From Eledone cirrhosa (Eukaryota), in NCBI GenBank assembly GCA_964016885.1, contig OZ024740.1, positions 118,978,001 to 119,042,000 of the forward strand: a stretch of 64,000 bases of DNA, written 5' to 3'. This document shows positions 13,113 through 26,200 of this stretch, piece after piece; the first letter of the stretch is position 1; each line of letters begins with the position of its first letter. The translations under genes were made by a program, and so were the position numbers. The notes beneath the pieces are model-generated. The model searched no databases, was not told the DNA's origin, and was given only the letters and a program-made list of their open reading frames with translations.

Positions 13113-15152
13113 ATCATCATCATCATCGTTTAACGTCCATCTCCCAGGATTGCATGGGTTTGGACGGGAGTTTTCCCACTTGAGGCAAAATTGGTTGTCC
13201 TGCTCGTATAGGACTGTCTGGCGGGTTTTCTACGGCTGGATGCCCTTCATAACACCAACCACGTTTACAGTGTGGACTGGGAGGTTTTTACCGTGTTACC
13301 TACACGGCCACATTACAGCGTGGACTGTGTGTTTTTTTTTTGTCGTGACACCTACACGACCACATTTGTTTCGGACTGGATGTTGTGGTACCAACATAAT
13401 TTCACATTGAAGGGGGTGGTGTGGATAGGGTGGGGGTAGTGGGACAGGGGTGTATTTTTTTAAGAGGTGCCTACTGACTGTAGTAGGTTTCGCTTTGTAC
13501 TTAGGCAAGGCGGGTCTTCTGTATTACTGTGTAGCGCCAAAGATCTCGGTCCAGTGACATTGTCTTGGAGAGGTGTAAGTGTGTGAGGTTGGAGTTTATC
13601 AAGTCGTCCCAGGTTTTTCTGGGTCTGCCTAATCCGTGGCTACCGTCTATTTTTATTCCCCTGCACTTTTTTATACAGCTGTCGTCTTTCATGCGCATCA
13701 CGTGACCGTACCAACGTAGTCTTCTCTCGAGTAAACAACATCTGATCCCTCTTATTCCTAATTTCTCCCTTAGTTCGTTTATGCTTTGCCGTTCACGTAT
13801 ATTACTATTACACATCCAGCGGAGCATGCAAGCTTCGTTCCTCTCCAGTCTGCGTATATCCTCTGCAGACAATGGCCAGGTCTCACTGCCATGCAACATT
13901 GTTGTTCGTATGCAGGCATCATACAGCCTGCCTTTCATTTTTAGAGAGAACTCTTTAGCGGCTAATAGTGGTATAAGCTCTCTGAACTTTTTCCATCCCG
14001 TTCTGACTTTAGCTACTGTACTTTCAGAGCACCCTCCCCCACTGCTGATTTAGTCACCCAGCTAACGGAAGGTATCCACTATTTCTATAGAACCATCTGT
14101 GCAATGGAATGAGCTAGTATTCATTGGGCACTTGCTGCTACTTATTGCACCAGAGCACCGGCCACATATAAAATCTATATTCTTAGTTAGCTTACCTGTG
14201 ATCCCACTACATCTTTTATGTACCCATACTTTGCATTTGGGACATAAAATGGAGTTTCTACCTACTCCTTTCCTACACACTGAGCATGGACATTTCCCAG
14301 ATGGGACCGGTGCCCTATTTTCCTTCCTACAAACTAGAACTTTAGTCTCAGACAAGTTAACTTTAAGGCATTTTGATTCTAGGTCATGCTTCCATGTTTG
14401 GAATTTCTTCTATAGTTCAGCCATTGATTCAGCTATGAGCGTTAGATCATCTGCGTATAGGAGTTCCCATGGGCAGCCGGTATTGAACTCCTCTGTTGTA
14501 GCCTGAAGGGCAATAATAAATAGTAGAGGGCTAAGAACGGAGCCCTGATGAACAACAACCTTTACGCTAAACTCTTCACTATATTCGTTGTTAATTCTAA
14601 CCTTGCTGACTGTTTCTTTATACATGTCTTGTATAGCTCTCATAAGCCATTCATCAACACCTAGTTTTCTAAGAGCCCACCAGATAATGGAGCGGGGGAC
14701 TCTGTCAAAGGCTTTCTCCAAGTCAACAAAAGCTAAGTATAGGGGTTTACTTTTAGCTAGGTACTTCTCCTGTAGTTTTCGTACAATGAAAAGAGCGTCT
14801 GTGGTACTTTTACCTGACACAAACCCGAACTGCATTTCATCTAGATCAATTCGCTCTCTGATTAGTTGCCCTATTACTTTTTCTGTGATCTTCATGACAT
14901 GGTCGATTAATGTAATATAGTTACCCCTATCTAGGGCATCTCCTTTACCCTTGTAGCAGTTAATGATGATGCTGCTACGCCAGTCCTTCGGAACGGCCCC
15001 ATTCTGTATGACGTGGTTTACTATCCGGGTGACCATAGTGTGTCCCACTGTTCCAGATGCTTTCAGTATTTCAGCAACTATTTCCGAAGGCCCAGCCGCC
15101 TTACCCGTCTTCATATCTTTGATTGCCTTACTTATTATGCTACCTTCAACTA

Positions 15153-15153
<1 letters not shown>
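13113..15153 (-). mobile_element. RTE LINE subfamily B, 5'-truncated
   Basis: RT ORF pieces 14410-15156 (QFGF, AFVDLEKAFDRV, HQGSVLSPLLF, YADD), 14062-14355, 13501-13938; long 3' UTR; (TA)n on both sides. Confidence 0.97.
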
Positions 15154-15216
<63 letters not shown>

Positions 15217-15256
15217 AAATAAAGATCCGAAGGCATGGTATGAATTTCCAATCATT

Positions 15257-15338
15257 TTAATCACGACACATGTTTCAATAAGAGGTAGATCGATTGTGTG
15301 GTCACGATCGATTATCACTGATCTCATCAGGCGAATAA
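15257..15338 (-). ncRNA. Type I hammerhead ribozyme with intact core, in a (TA)n-anchored element starting ~15215
   Basis: TTATTCGC-CTGATGA-[long imperfect stem II incl. ATCGATCGTG/CACAATCGAT]-GAAA-CATGTG-TC-GTGATTAA; GUC cleavage triplet. Confidence 0.7.
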
Positions 15339-15469
15339 TGAATTGTCTTCAAATCTTTGATATGAGGGAGGAAAAACTAACGATGTTCACTCACTAGAGT
15401 TTTGTTCCCCATATGAATAAGCAGCCAAGACACGCCAACTATTATCGTCTTCAGTCAGGGTCATAAATC

Positions 15470-16047
15470 TGTAGTGACCCACATTCCGCGGGTCACATAC
15501 ATTCTCTGCGCGTGAATTGGCTCAGTTCAGTCAATCAGCGCCAGTAGAAGAGGATGTATCCCTACGCGCTCTGAGGAAGAAATTCCCCGCGAAGATTTGA
15601 AGAATCTCTCTCTTGTACCAGAAACTTCGAGCCATCAACACGCATAATGTAACGGTGACATTTTGCACCCTAGCCTCGCCGGCTTTTCGGCGCAATGGCA
15701 CATTCCCGTTTGTAACCTCTTCTTATCTGTAACTTCAACCATATAAGTTAACAAACATTGTTTGTGCTACATCAAAAATAAACATACATTTCATCTCTAA
15801 TTTCTGCTGTTGAAATCATTTTTATGTTACTCGTGTCTCAATAACATCTATAATCCATGCTGCTGGAATTGGAATACAAAGAAAGGAATGTTGTAAATAC
15901 AAAGATGGTAAATAGATCGAGGGACCTTCCCTCACGTCTATGTCGACAAGATAATCCAACGAGGATACTATCACTTACCCCACTGGCAACTAACGACCTT
16001 CAATCATCTACCCTGTTAAAGTAGCGACCATTCTACTACCTGCTAAA
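15470..16047 (+). repeat. 5' LTR
   Basis: TGTAGTGACCC...CTGCTAAA, near-identical to 17653-18236. Confidence 0.92.
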
Positions 16048-16048
16048 G

Positions 16049-16062
16049 TGGTGACCGACGTA
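16049..16062 (+). promoter_or_regulatory. Primer binding site, tRNA-Trp-like (degenerate)
   Basis: TGGTGACCGACGT 1 nt after LTR vs Trp PBS TGGTGACCCCGACGTGAT. Confidence 0.7.
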
Positions 16063-17652
16063 AGAATTTAACACAGCCCTTCTTTTTTTTATTCAGTTGA
16101 ACTTTTATTGCCACGTTGCCAACCTTTTCGCAACTTGCGAAAATAAAAAATATTCCTTTTAAGATTTTTGAAAAATTAGCAGTATTTCAAAAACTTTTCG
16201 CCACGAAGAAATTTCAAATGGCTACTGACAAGTCCTGTCTACGATCAACAAAGACAGCAGCAGCAGCGACAGCATTGTTTAGCCACTGACCAAAACAGGG
16301 AATAGTGAGTGGCAGCTTCATAGCCTTACCGACGCAAACCACCACACATCGGAAATTTCAAGACGGCTTGTATCTTTACCGACGCAACCACCATACATAC
16401 CTTCTGTCTCGTTACCACAGGGTCTCGAGAAATTGAGACAGTAGTTTTCTCACCATTATGGCGTCAGACGTGGCTGCCATGTTTGGTGACTGCTACTCTA
16501 CAGAAGATTATTTGACTTTGCTTTAACAATAAGCAACACAACCGTGTGGCGGGACGGTAAAATGGCCACGAAAACTCACAAAAACACCATACATCTAACC
16601 CCTAACGGCATTAACAAACTTCTTTTTCAGTTTTCAGATAGAACTAGTGGCTGTACACTGGTTATGTGTGAACTATTTGACTTTGAAAAACTTTGAACTT
16701 ATTGAGCAATTTCTCTGCTCCCTTAGATTGACTTTGAATTATCAGTTTATTACATTCACATATTTCTTTGTAGAATGCATTTACTTGTTTTGTGCTCTTT
16801 TGCTATTTGCTTGCTCATGGTTTTTGTTCATTCACATTCTTTGCTGTTTTACATGCCTGCATATGCACACATTTTTTTTATCACACACCAACATGTTGTT
16901 CTTGGTATATGTTCTTCAAACGTAATATTCTGCGCGTCCCTTTTCACCTGGTTGAGGTGCTGTCACATGCTAGCCGCTCACAGAGCTTAATCCACTGGAT
17001 TCAAACAGGCACCGCAACACGAGAATACTAATTGCAGCTGAACTCAAACAGCTTCGCATCTCGTTGCACACTGATCGTCCATGACGGCCATCCGTCTTGT
17101 TGTTTTTGCCCGACTCGCTGGGAAAGCAACAAATTGAACTGGACTTGTCAGCATTTCGGCCACTTCTGTGGATTCGCCCGAATTATGGAATTTACACTGC
17201 AACCCACCTACAGATTAAACTTGCTTTTTTGTTTTCTTTACAAAGCAACCACCCATTTTTTCCTGGCTCCACAGCACATTCGACAATACATCTGGGGGCC
17301 ATCATTTTCTCGCCAGCACTGGTAAACGACCATAATAGCTTCGTTCACAGCTACTGGTACAACGCTTACCATTGACATTTAATGCAAGAACAGCAACTTC
17401 GCCCATGTCAGACTTTATCTGTTTTCTGGTAGGCCCTTGAGGGTCTCGTTTAAACTACAAAACAGCTAGTCATTTGACAGCGGCTCAACACGGCCCGTCG
17501 CGCCTAATTCTTTTTGTTCTTGCATGAATCTTTCTGCTCAATTATTTTTTCACTGATGTGCTCTTTCAGCATTTGTTCTTGCTGATTCAATAATATGTGG
17601 GTCCTTGGTTTCTTCGTTATCGATTTTCGGCTGAAAATCTGCTCGGAGGTGA

Positions 17653-18236
17653 CGTAGTGACCCACATTCCGCGGGCTCACATACATTCTCTGTGCGTGAA
17701 TTGGCTCAGTTAAGTCAATCAGCGACAGTAGAAGTGGATGTATCCCTACGCGCTCTGAGGAAGAAATTCCCCGTGAAGATTTGAAGAATCTCTCTCTTGT
17801 ACCAGAAACTTCGAGCCAGCAACACGCATAATGTAACGGTGACATTTTGCACCCTAGCCTCGCCGGCTTTTCGGCGCAATGGCACATTCCCTTTTGTAAC
17901 CTCTTCTTATCTGTAACTTCAACCATATAAGTTAACAAACATTGTTTGTGCTACATCAAAAATAAACATACATTTCATCTCTAATTTCTGCTGTTGAAAT
18001 CATTTTTATGTTACTCGTGTCTCAATAACATCTATAATCCATGCTGCTGGAATTGGAATACAAAGAAAGGAATGTTGTAAATACAAAGATGGTAAATAGA
18101 TCGAGGGACCTTCCCTCACGTCTATGTCGACAAGATAATCCAACGAGGATACTATCACTTACCCCACTGGCAACTAACGACCTTCAATCATCTACCCTGT
18201 TAAAGTGGCGACCACTGATTCTACCACCCTGCTAAA
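17653..18236 (+). repeat. 3' LTR
   Basis: CGTAGTGACCC...CTGCTAAA followed by AATC. Confidence 0.92.
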
Positions 18237-19019
18237 AATCTATCAAGTCTCTATCTCTCAATAGCTGTCAAAGACGCTGGACAGGTCTAATCTCAACATC
18301 ACATCTGTAGAATTTCGGTCGGTTCACAATTAGTGTGAGTGAGTACACACACACCGACGAGAGGTCAGAGAAAAAACATATATACCAACATAGTATGCAC
18401 CGGAAGTTAGGTTACAAAACAACAAACGTTATATTAGTCAAATCTCAATTGTAACGATGTAAATTAGAAAAACTGGATCAACCACAACCCTATACACACG
18501 CAAGTAAATTCCGTTCAACGTTCTGCTATACGTGTATCGATTGAATTGTAACCTCCGTATCGTCTAAATGGTGTATGTTTTGGTATATACACATCCATGT
18601 GTAGAGCAAGTAGTCAGCTCGTATCGAACTCTGCATGTGCCGTTGTCTCGTTGAGAATCTGAGTCCCCGAGTCTGTGCGTGCAAGCACCCGACATGTAGG
18701 CCACCAAGGGACTCCAAGTAGGGTTGGGTATTTGAGTTAAGGTGTCAGTGTGTGCGTTTTAACGTCATATGGGCCCTCGGGCTTTTAAGATAAATGTTTG
18801 AGTGGTGGAGGTGTGTTACCCAACACAAAAATAAAATAAAATAAAATAACAAAACACCGGGGATGTATGTAAGCCCATTGATGGCGTGTAAGTAGTATTG
18901 TTTATTCAGCAACTGTGAGCACTCCATGGTTAGAGGATCACAGACCAAAAACCTAGTGTAATATTCAATTGATAAGATCCTGACTGGTCATAACTGTGGG
19001 AACTCCGTGTCTAAACAAA

Positions 19020-19345
19020 CCGGGTACTGTGTGTAAAATTATGTATAAAGAGCGTAATCGTTCTTTACTGAGTGTGTAATACGTCTAACTATTTACTAAC
19101 TGAGAGAACTCTATGGTTAGGGTATTCTAAAGTAATGGTGAATGCGCGTAATCGGTCTTAACTGAGTGTGTAATTATTCTAACTATTTACTAACTAGGTA
19201 TTCTAAAGTAATGGTAAATGTGCACTCAGCTGTGAGAACTCTGTGGAAACATACGAGTACCGTGTGTAAGTGCGCAATCTTAGCTGTCTACTACCTGAGT
19301 GTGTGATTGTCTATGTTTTGCTAATTGAGAGAACTCTATGGCTAA
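19020..19345. repeat. Three imperfect ~90-200-bp internal repeats in an unclassified element
   Basis: Recurrent CTGAGTGTGTAAT..CTAACTATTTACTAACT, GAGAACTCTATGG, GGTATTCTAAAGTAATGGT. Confidence 0.7.
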
Positions 19346-19619
19346 GGAAAAAAGGGTGGAGTTAGTGGTAGGTTACTTTCTAAAAATCCTGAGGAAGGTT
19401 TTCGAGGTTCTATGCTGGTAAGTGCTGAAAAAGTCCGCTCTCCTATTGATTAGTAGGGGGCCGCCTCTAATTATATTAAAGGTTTCAGCTATACATACAT
19501 TACAAACGTGCTGCCGTTATATGGCTGGGTTGAGCAAACTATGGACCAGGATAAGGAGTGCTCTATATTCTGTTGTTTAAGCTTCCAGACAAATTCAGAA
19601 AGCGCCGTGCATTTTTGTT

Positions 19620-19800
19620 TATCTAATCTATTGTGTAACCATAATTTTAATCACCAAATTTCCACTCCAATAGCTAAAACATTCATTAGACTCGTAGATA
19701 TACAATTTTCCAAATACTACAAATACTTCTAAATGGTCAACATTTCCTACTTCACCACATGCAACTTTGCTCAGAAAACAGTCTCTTCGAATGTAGTCAA
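19620..19800 (+). mobile_element. Naiad-type PLE remnant (RT-EN linker)
   Basis: CNHNFNHQISTPIAKTFIRLVDIQFSKYYKY..VNISYFTTCN aligns with WYNPEYNSSISTNLPVLFFKIIKRHFPTSHKY..IRLSYSTALN of the 51234 ORF. Confidence 0.6.
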
Positions 19801-19952
19801 ATTAAGAAATAATTACCAAAATATTACAAGTCACCTATATTTGCAACTGCCTTACTGAAGAAGTGGACAAGTTTTCAAAATATATTGGATCTGTAATGGT
19901 GTGTAATTATGTGGAATCAATAACACATCACCAGAGTATAGACAGACATTAC

Positions 19953-19988
<36 letters not shown>

Positions 19989-20333
19989 CTGTCTGTATAT
20001 GTGTAAATGTGTCCATGTATGGGTTTCTGTCTCAGTGAGCATGTATGTGAAACATAGTGTTTGAGATCATAAGAAAGAAATGGAACAATAAAAAAACACT
20101 TTTGTCACAAATAACATTAACAAACAACTAAATATCTATTAAAAATGTGTATGGGATGAGAAAATTAAAAACAAAATATCATAACAAATAGACTGAGTAC
20201 AAGTAATCATAAAGAGTGGAACATACACACACACATTTATAAAGATGTAAATATATTTATTTCTCTCTCTCTCTATATATATATATATATAGAACCTACA
20301 GTAACTCCTAGTTACACTCCCTATATATATATA

Positions 20334-20405
<72 letters not shown>

Positions 20406-21251
20406 TATATATATTGTTATACTTATATATATTATATACATATGTATGTTTATATATATATGTATATATATGTATATATATATATATATATATGTATATA
20501 CACATATATATATATAATGTTCATATATTCCGATAAATTCATTTGAAAATTATCTGACTGTGAGATGCACTACAGTGCATATTTATAGATAACTTAATGA
20601 CTATAAAAAAAGCAACATACATGCCAAAAAATATAGATAAATTGAGGAAATAGTAATAGAAAAATGGCTCTCTACAACAAAGTCAATTCTATATTAGATC
20701 AGCGTTTTGTTAGTTTGCTACAGTTTTATGTCGGAAGATTTCTTACTGTTTATTTTTTATTTTGCTTTCCTAAAAGAGTTTTCATTTCTATTGAACTGAA
20801 TGGTTCAAAGATTTCATAGTGCGTGGTAAAACATTGATACATTATTTTTATGTGTATTAAATAGATTTATATTTTAATTATTATTTTCTTCTGCCATTTT
20901 GTTTTTATTATCATTATTATTATTATTATTCAAATTTCATTTGAAAAGGAAAATCAGGGTAGAGAGGGATGTGCTCTCTTCCCAGCATTTTGTTGAAAGA
21001 TAGGTGAGAGAGGCAAGAATGGCCCGAGTGAGGGTCACCGTGGCTTTTTTTAATGGGCTTTCTCCACGATGGCCCTCGGAAGTCTCCCAACTATTGGGGA
21101 ATTTTTCATTGTTCATTTTTTTGTTACATCCTGCTTTGTTTTTTTATACACACAGAAATGCCCATTTGTACCGTCCTGTATTGTCCTGTATTGTCCTGTA
21201 CTGTCCTTAATGTCTTGCTTTGTGTAAACCCTTGTGGTTAATAGAGATAGC

Positions 21252-21316
<65 letters not shown>

Positions 21317-23066
21317 ATATTATATATATCAGCCACACACGTACACACACACACATATATATATGTGTGTGTGTGTCTGTGTGTCTGTATGTGTGTGTAT
21401 AATCATACAAATATACATGCATATATAGATACATATATTCATATATATTTCTTTTTTAGCGTGGTCAATTGTTTATTGTTACTTAATTTATTAATATGAT
21501 CATGAAAATTGATAGAAATTAGACATTATCATTATCATTTGTTTATTTATTAGAAGAGCGGAAATTTTCCAAACCCTTTAATGTATAAAATCCTTTCAAA
21601 GATAAAAATAAATTGGAATATAGAGGAAAAGTTGAATGGGTACTCTTATTGTTGTCTTTCTATGTCTCTTGATTTGCTATTATGGAAGCTAATTTTCTCT
21701 ATAAAGAAAACATGATTTCAAATATTGGAGTGTAAAGGAAAAATAAAATTAGGAATATATACTTACTAAGGAATAATTAAATAATCCTGCAAGAATTCTA
21801 TGGTGGTGTAAAATGATATTAATAGAAAATATATGCTGATATCATCATCACAAAACTTTTGAATGTAAATAAATTCCATTGTACATCCCAAAGCCCCTAG
21901 AATTTTCAAGCTTCAGAATCACAGATGATCTTTGTAATTGATCTCACGTCTACAACATATCAAAAAGAGGAACAAATACACTAGCTAACCACTTCAGAAT
22001 AAAAAAAATACTTCAGGCCACAATTGTAGCTGACTCTTTTCAAAGCAGTATTCGATAATGGAATATGGATTCAACATTTAAGATAACACTGTTGAGTGAC
22101 ATATATTCCTAAAGCTCACTGAAAAGAAAGCTAGTTCGCAATATACAATGACACTCATCATCACACTACATCCTTTAATCGACAGCCACAATGTCTTTCC
22201 ACTAAGCCCCTTACTTTACAGCTCCAAGTTAAGTGTAAACCAGATTGGTCTAAGGACACCAATCAAACATGTTTCTCATTCTCTTATCAGCCATCTCTAT
22301 CTCCTATCACAGATCCATCCTACCAGTGCTGAATCTACTGGGCAGTGGAGGTGAATAACATTGGCCCCATCTTCCAATTGCCCTCTGTTTCTGAACAGGG
22401 CCCTTTCTTCGAGTAGGAGCCCCACTTCAAACAAAGCTCCCAATACCTTTTAAGTATCTGCTCTCTCCCTTCATATGTATATGTGTGTGTGATTATATGA
22501 GGGGCCCACCAAACCCCAGCTCTCAGCCTGGGCCAGCATACTACCCACTATATGAAAGCTATTCTACCCTGAATGCCAACTCTCTGGAATTCACATCTCA
22601 ACCACATTTTTCTCACAGGCATCAACTTATATTTGTTCAAGCTGAACAGCAACCACCTAAATTTCATAAGTTTGTAGAACATTTAAAACTGTTAAAAAAG
22701 AAAGGATCTTTCATTACCAGCATAGAATTTAGGTGATCTTTTTAATATAGATTTATATATTATATAAATGTTATGTATGTAGATTTAACTATCCCTACCA
22801 CTGCAACAACCCTTATTAAATGCACCCCATCCCAGTTTAGATGCTCTACAACTACTATTTCACTGCCATTTACCCTATAAAAGAAGCAAGTTGTGCCCTT
22901 CAATAAAATATATTATTCTCAGATCTAAATCTCTTTGGTTGACATCCAATATATTCCTACTTAACATTTCAGTTGATAATAAAATAGGACAAAGAAATTG
23001 AGAATACATGAATATTTAAAAGTGATATTTCTATTGTAGCATGAAAAATAAATGTATGATAGTAAT

Positions 23067-23262
23067 AATGGTTTCTTATATAGGCACAAGGCCAGCAATT
23101 CTGGGGGAGGGGAAAGTTGATTAAATCGACCCCGGTGTGTGACTGGTACTTTATTTTATCGACCCAGTAAGGATGAAAGGCAAAGTTAACCTCAGCGGGA
23201 TTTGAACTCGAATCATAAAGGGCCGCAACTCTATGCTGCTAAGCATGGCGTCTGACCCTAAT
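23067..23262 (-). mobile_element. S1 SINE (long form, 5'-truncated)
   Basis: Homology to other S1 copies. Confidence 0.85.
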
Positions 23263-26200
23263 GAACACATATATGATTGAAACTCAGAATAGTGTGACTA
23301 AAACAAATATCTCCACGTACAAGTTGAGAATAATTCTGTCTCATATGAACCCAATAAAGAAATAATGAACATCTTATAAGTAAAATGGAGAGATTTAAGA
23401 AGATAAGAGTTTTTTGTTCTTTAAACTAAATATTGCTTTTTATTTTCAGAAAGGAAATAGTAACATGTACTTTATCATTGCTTTTATAATATGGCCAAAT
23501 CAAATTAACTAAAACAGTTAAATATGTGGAAGCATAGAGAATATCTTTTTAGTCTTTTGAGAATGGCTGTGTGGCTAGAAAGTTTGCTTTATATAGTTTT
23601 GGGTTCAATCCAACAGCATGGTAAGCTGGGCAGTAGTCTTCTATAATAGCTTCATATTGATCTAAACCTTGGGGAATTCTGGATTTCTTCTTGATATAAA
23701 ACCCAACCCTCTTTAGTCTGAATCAGTATTCAAATTCAGCTTGATGCATGATGTGAAATTGCCTAAAACCAAAATCCAGAAGTAGAGTGTTGATATCAAA
23801 TGTCTATAGGATCACTGTTGTACAGTTATGATTGGTATGTTTGTATCAATGTTTTAATTAGTGGAACTACCATCTAGCACATGCAAAGAAATTGTATTAT
23901 TTTCCAGTAGCCTTACTGTTGATATTCATAAAGACAATGTCACTACTTTGCCTCAATATACATTCACCATTTTGAAGTTTTTTTCAACTGAATTGAATAT
24001 ATGATTCACTGAAATAACAAGGTTGAAACATGTCCATTGCTTTGACTAGCTAGATTTCATTAACAGAAGCATCTAAGTTTTGCAAATAGTCGGTCCTTGA
24101 TTTATTCCTGTTGCAATGATGGCTAATGTTTCATTGTGCAATAAGATTAGTATTTTATGTTTAAGTTAGAACAAAGTGCCGAAATTCATTAGTCTATTAA
24201 TGCTTTTAAGCTTTTCAGCCTCAATATCTCAATAAAATCATAACAATAACAGCATATTGTTTTATTGCCTAATAGTATATCACAATGGTTCAAAAAAATA
24301 TTGGTAAAATATTCAACACTAGGTTTTAAAATTATACAGTAGCTAGATCCTGTGAAACTAACAGATTTTGAAATGTATCAGAAAAAATTACAAAACTTAA
24401 ATGCAGTTGTACCATTAGAATAGTGTATATATTTTGTATATATATATGGTGTGTGTGTGTGTGTGTTTTTGTGCATGTCTCTTTGTGTGTAGCTGTTTTT
24501 CTTGTATCCACTAATGTGAATATCTGTGATGAATGCGTATTTCCTGATCAGTTAAATTATCGATTCATTCCAGTGTAAAGGAAATAAGATTTTGAGGCAT
24601 TAACAGTTTTCTTAAAAAGCATTAGTTGACAATGGTGTAGAGAAATATCATATAGAGGTAGATTCCAATCACTGGTTACTTACTATCTCTACTCATGCCA
24701 TGCAATCTTAAACCTAAAATTACCTATCACTAGATAAATGAAAAAAAAATTACCTAAAAAATACAGTTTGAGTCAATGTCTAAAATGAAGCAATAATAAA
24801 AATAAATAAAAACAAGAGTGAAAAGAAATATTAATATAGAGTAACATTATTTAATACATTATGCCATTTATAGAAAATTGCAGCATTTCTCATTGCTATA
24901 TAGAAACTGACAATTTCACTAAAACTCTCTGATCATCTCTCTCTTCTTCCTCTTTTCATTATTTACTCTTTTCTCCCCCTTTTATTATTCTTTCTAGAGT
25001 GTATTTCATCCTCTTCCTTTTTTTAATTTTCTACTCATTTGTTGTTTACATTCTTTTCATTTTCCTAATTTTTCCTCTTTCACTTCCTTTTTTCTTCTTC
25101 TCTTCTCTTACACTTTCTTCAGTGTTTTTTGTTTTCATTCTTTTTCTCTCTCCCTTTAAGCGATTTGAGGAACTGATTGGTCATTAAATTCCTTGTCATT
25201 CAAATTTCCGTGCTAATCAAGTACAATTTGAAGTGCCAAGTAACGTCAGGCATTGATCAACAACAGACATTCAGTCAACTCAGTTTACTCCCATAAACAA
25301 CTCAATAAATTAGAATGCAATTTGATTGGCTTAGAAATTTGGCTTTTTCCCAAAACAAGAACCAATAATCTCGATGCTCTGACAGTGATTAAAGTCATCT
25401 AAGAATCCGGGGTAAAGTTCAAATTATATTGAACCTTCCATAGACATTTCCAAAGCTGCTTAACAAGCTGTCCATCTGAGTCTATACAACGGTATAAAAC
25501 TGAAGAAAACAGGTTGTCTTTTTATTTTATTTTATTCTACATATTTACTTTTTGGCAATGAATTTCTTTTATCATCGAAAGAGAGGCAAGGAGAAGATAA
25601 GAACATAATCTAAAATAAAGTAAAATAAGTAATAACTTTAATTTCATTATGAAGATACTTCTTATATTTGTTTATCATCATAACCATCAGTTGCAGGAAT
25701 AACATCACCCCTACCATCATTAATATCGTCACTACCACTGGCAATGTTATGACAATCTTTTTTCTGCTACCATCCCTAGCTTACAGCATATTTCTTTATT
25801 ATCATCACCATCATCATCAGTAGCAACATTCATCACTGTTATCATTAACACCATCACTGCCTCTTCTATCACCATCAATCTTTACTTCTTCTATTTAATG
25901 ATTCAGTCATTGCTCAAAGACAGTTACTATTTGCAGAACATTGCTGGAGAAGTAAGCTGGAAATTATACACAAGCTACTATTGTTGGAACTAACTCATGT
26001 GAGACATAATAGTGGAAGACCTGCTCAAACCTTCACCTATCAATGATCAGACAATACATACCTCTGTAGGGAGTAGTTGTCAAGAGCAATGGAAAATTAC
26101 AAGTTGTGGAGAGACTTGTCATTTTTGTTCAACTATGATCGCAATGATGATGATATAATGATTGCTCTGAGATATTTTAGACCTATTATCATTCCTTCAT

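Larger units (their letters stand above)
15470..18236 (+). mobile_element. Non-autonomous Gypsy-type LTR retrotransposon (two ~580-bp LTRs, 1.6-kb non-coding internal region)
   Basis: Direct repeats 15470-16047 and 17653-18236; TGTAGTG start; AATC (or AAATC) TSD; PBS after 5' LTR; short purine tract GGAGGTGA before 3' LTR; no pol ORF. Confidence 0.9.
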
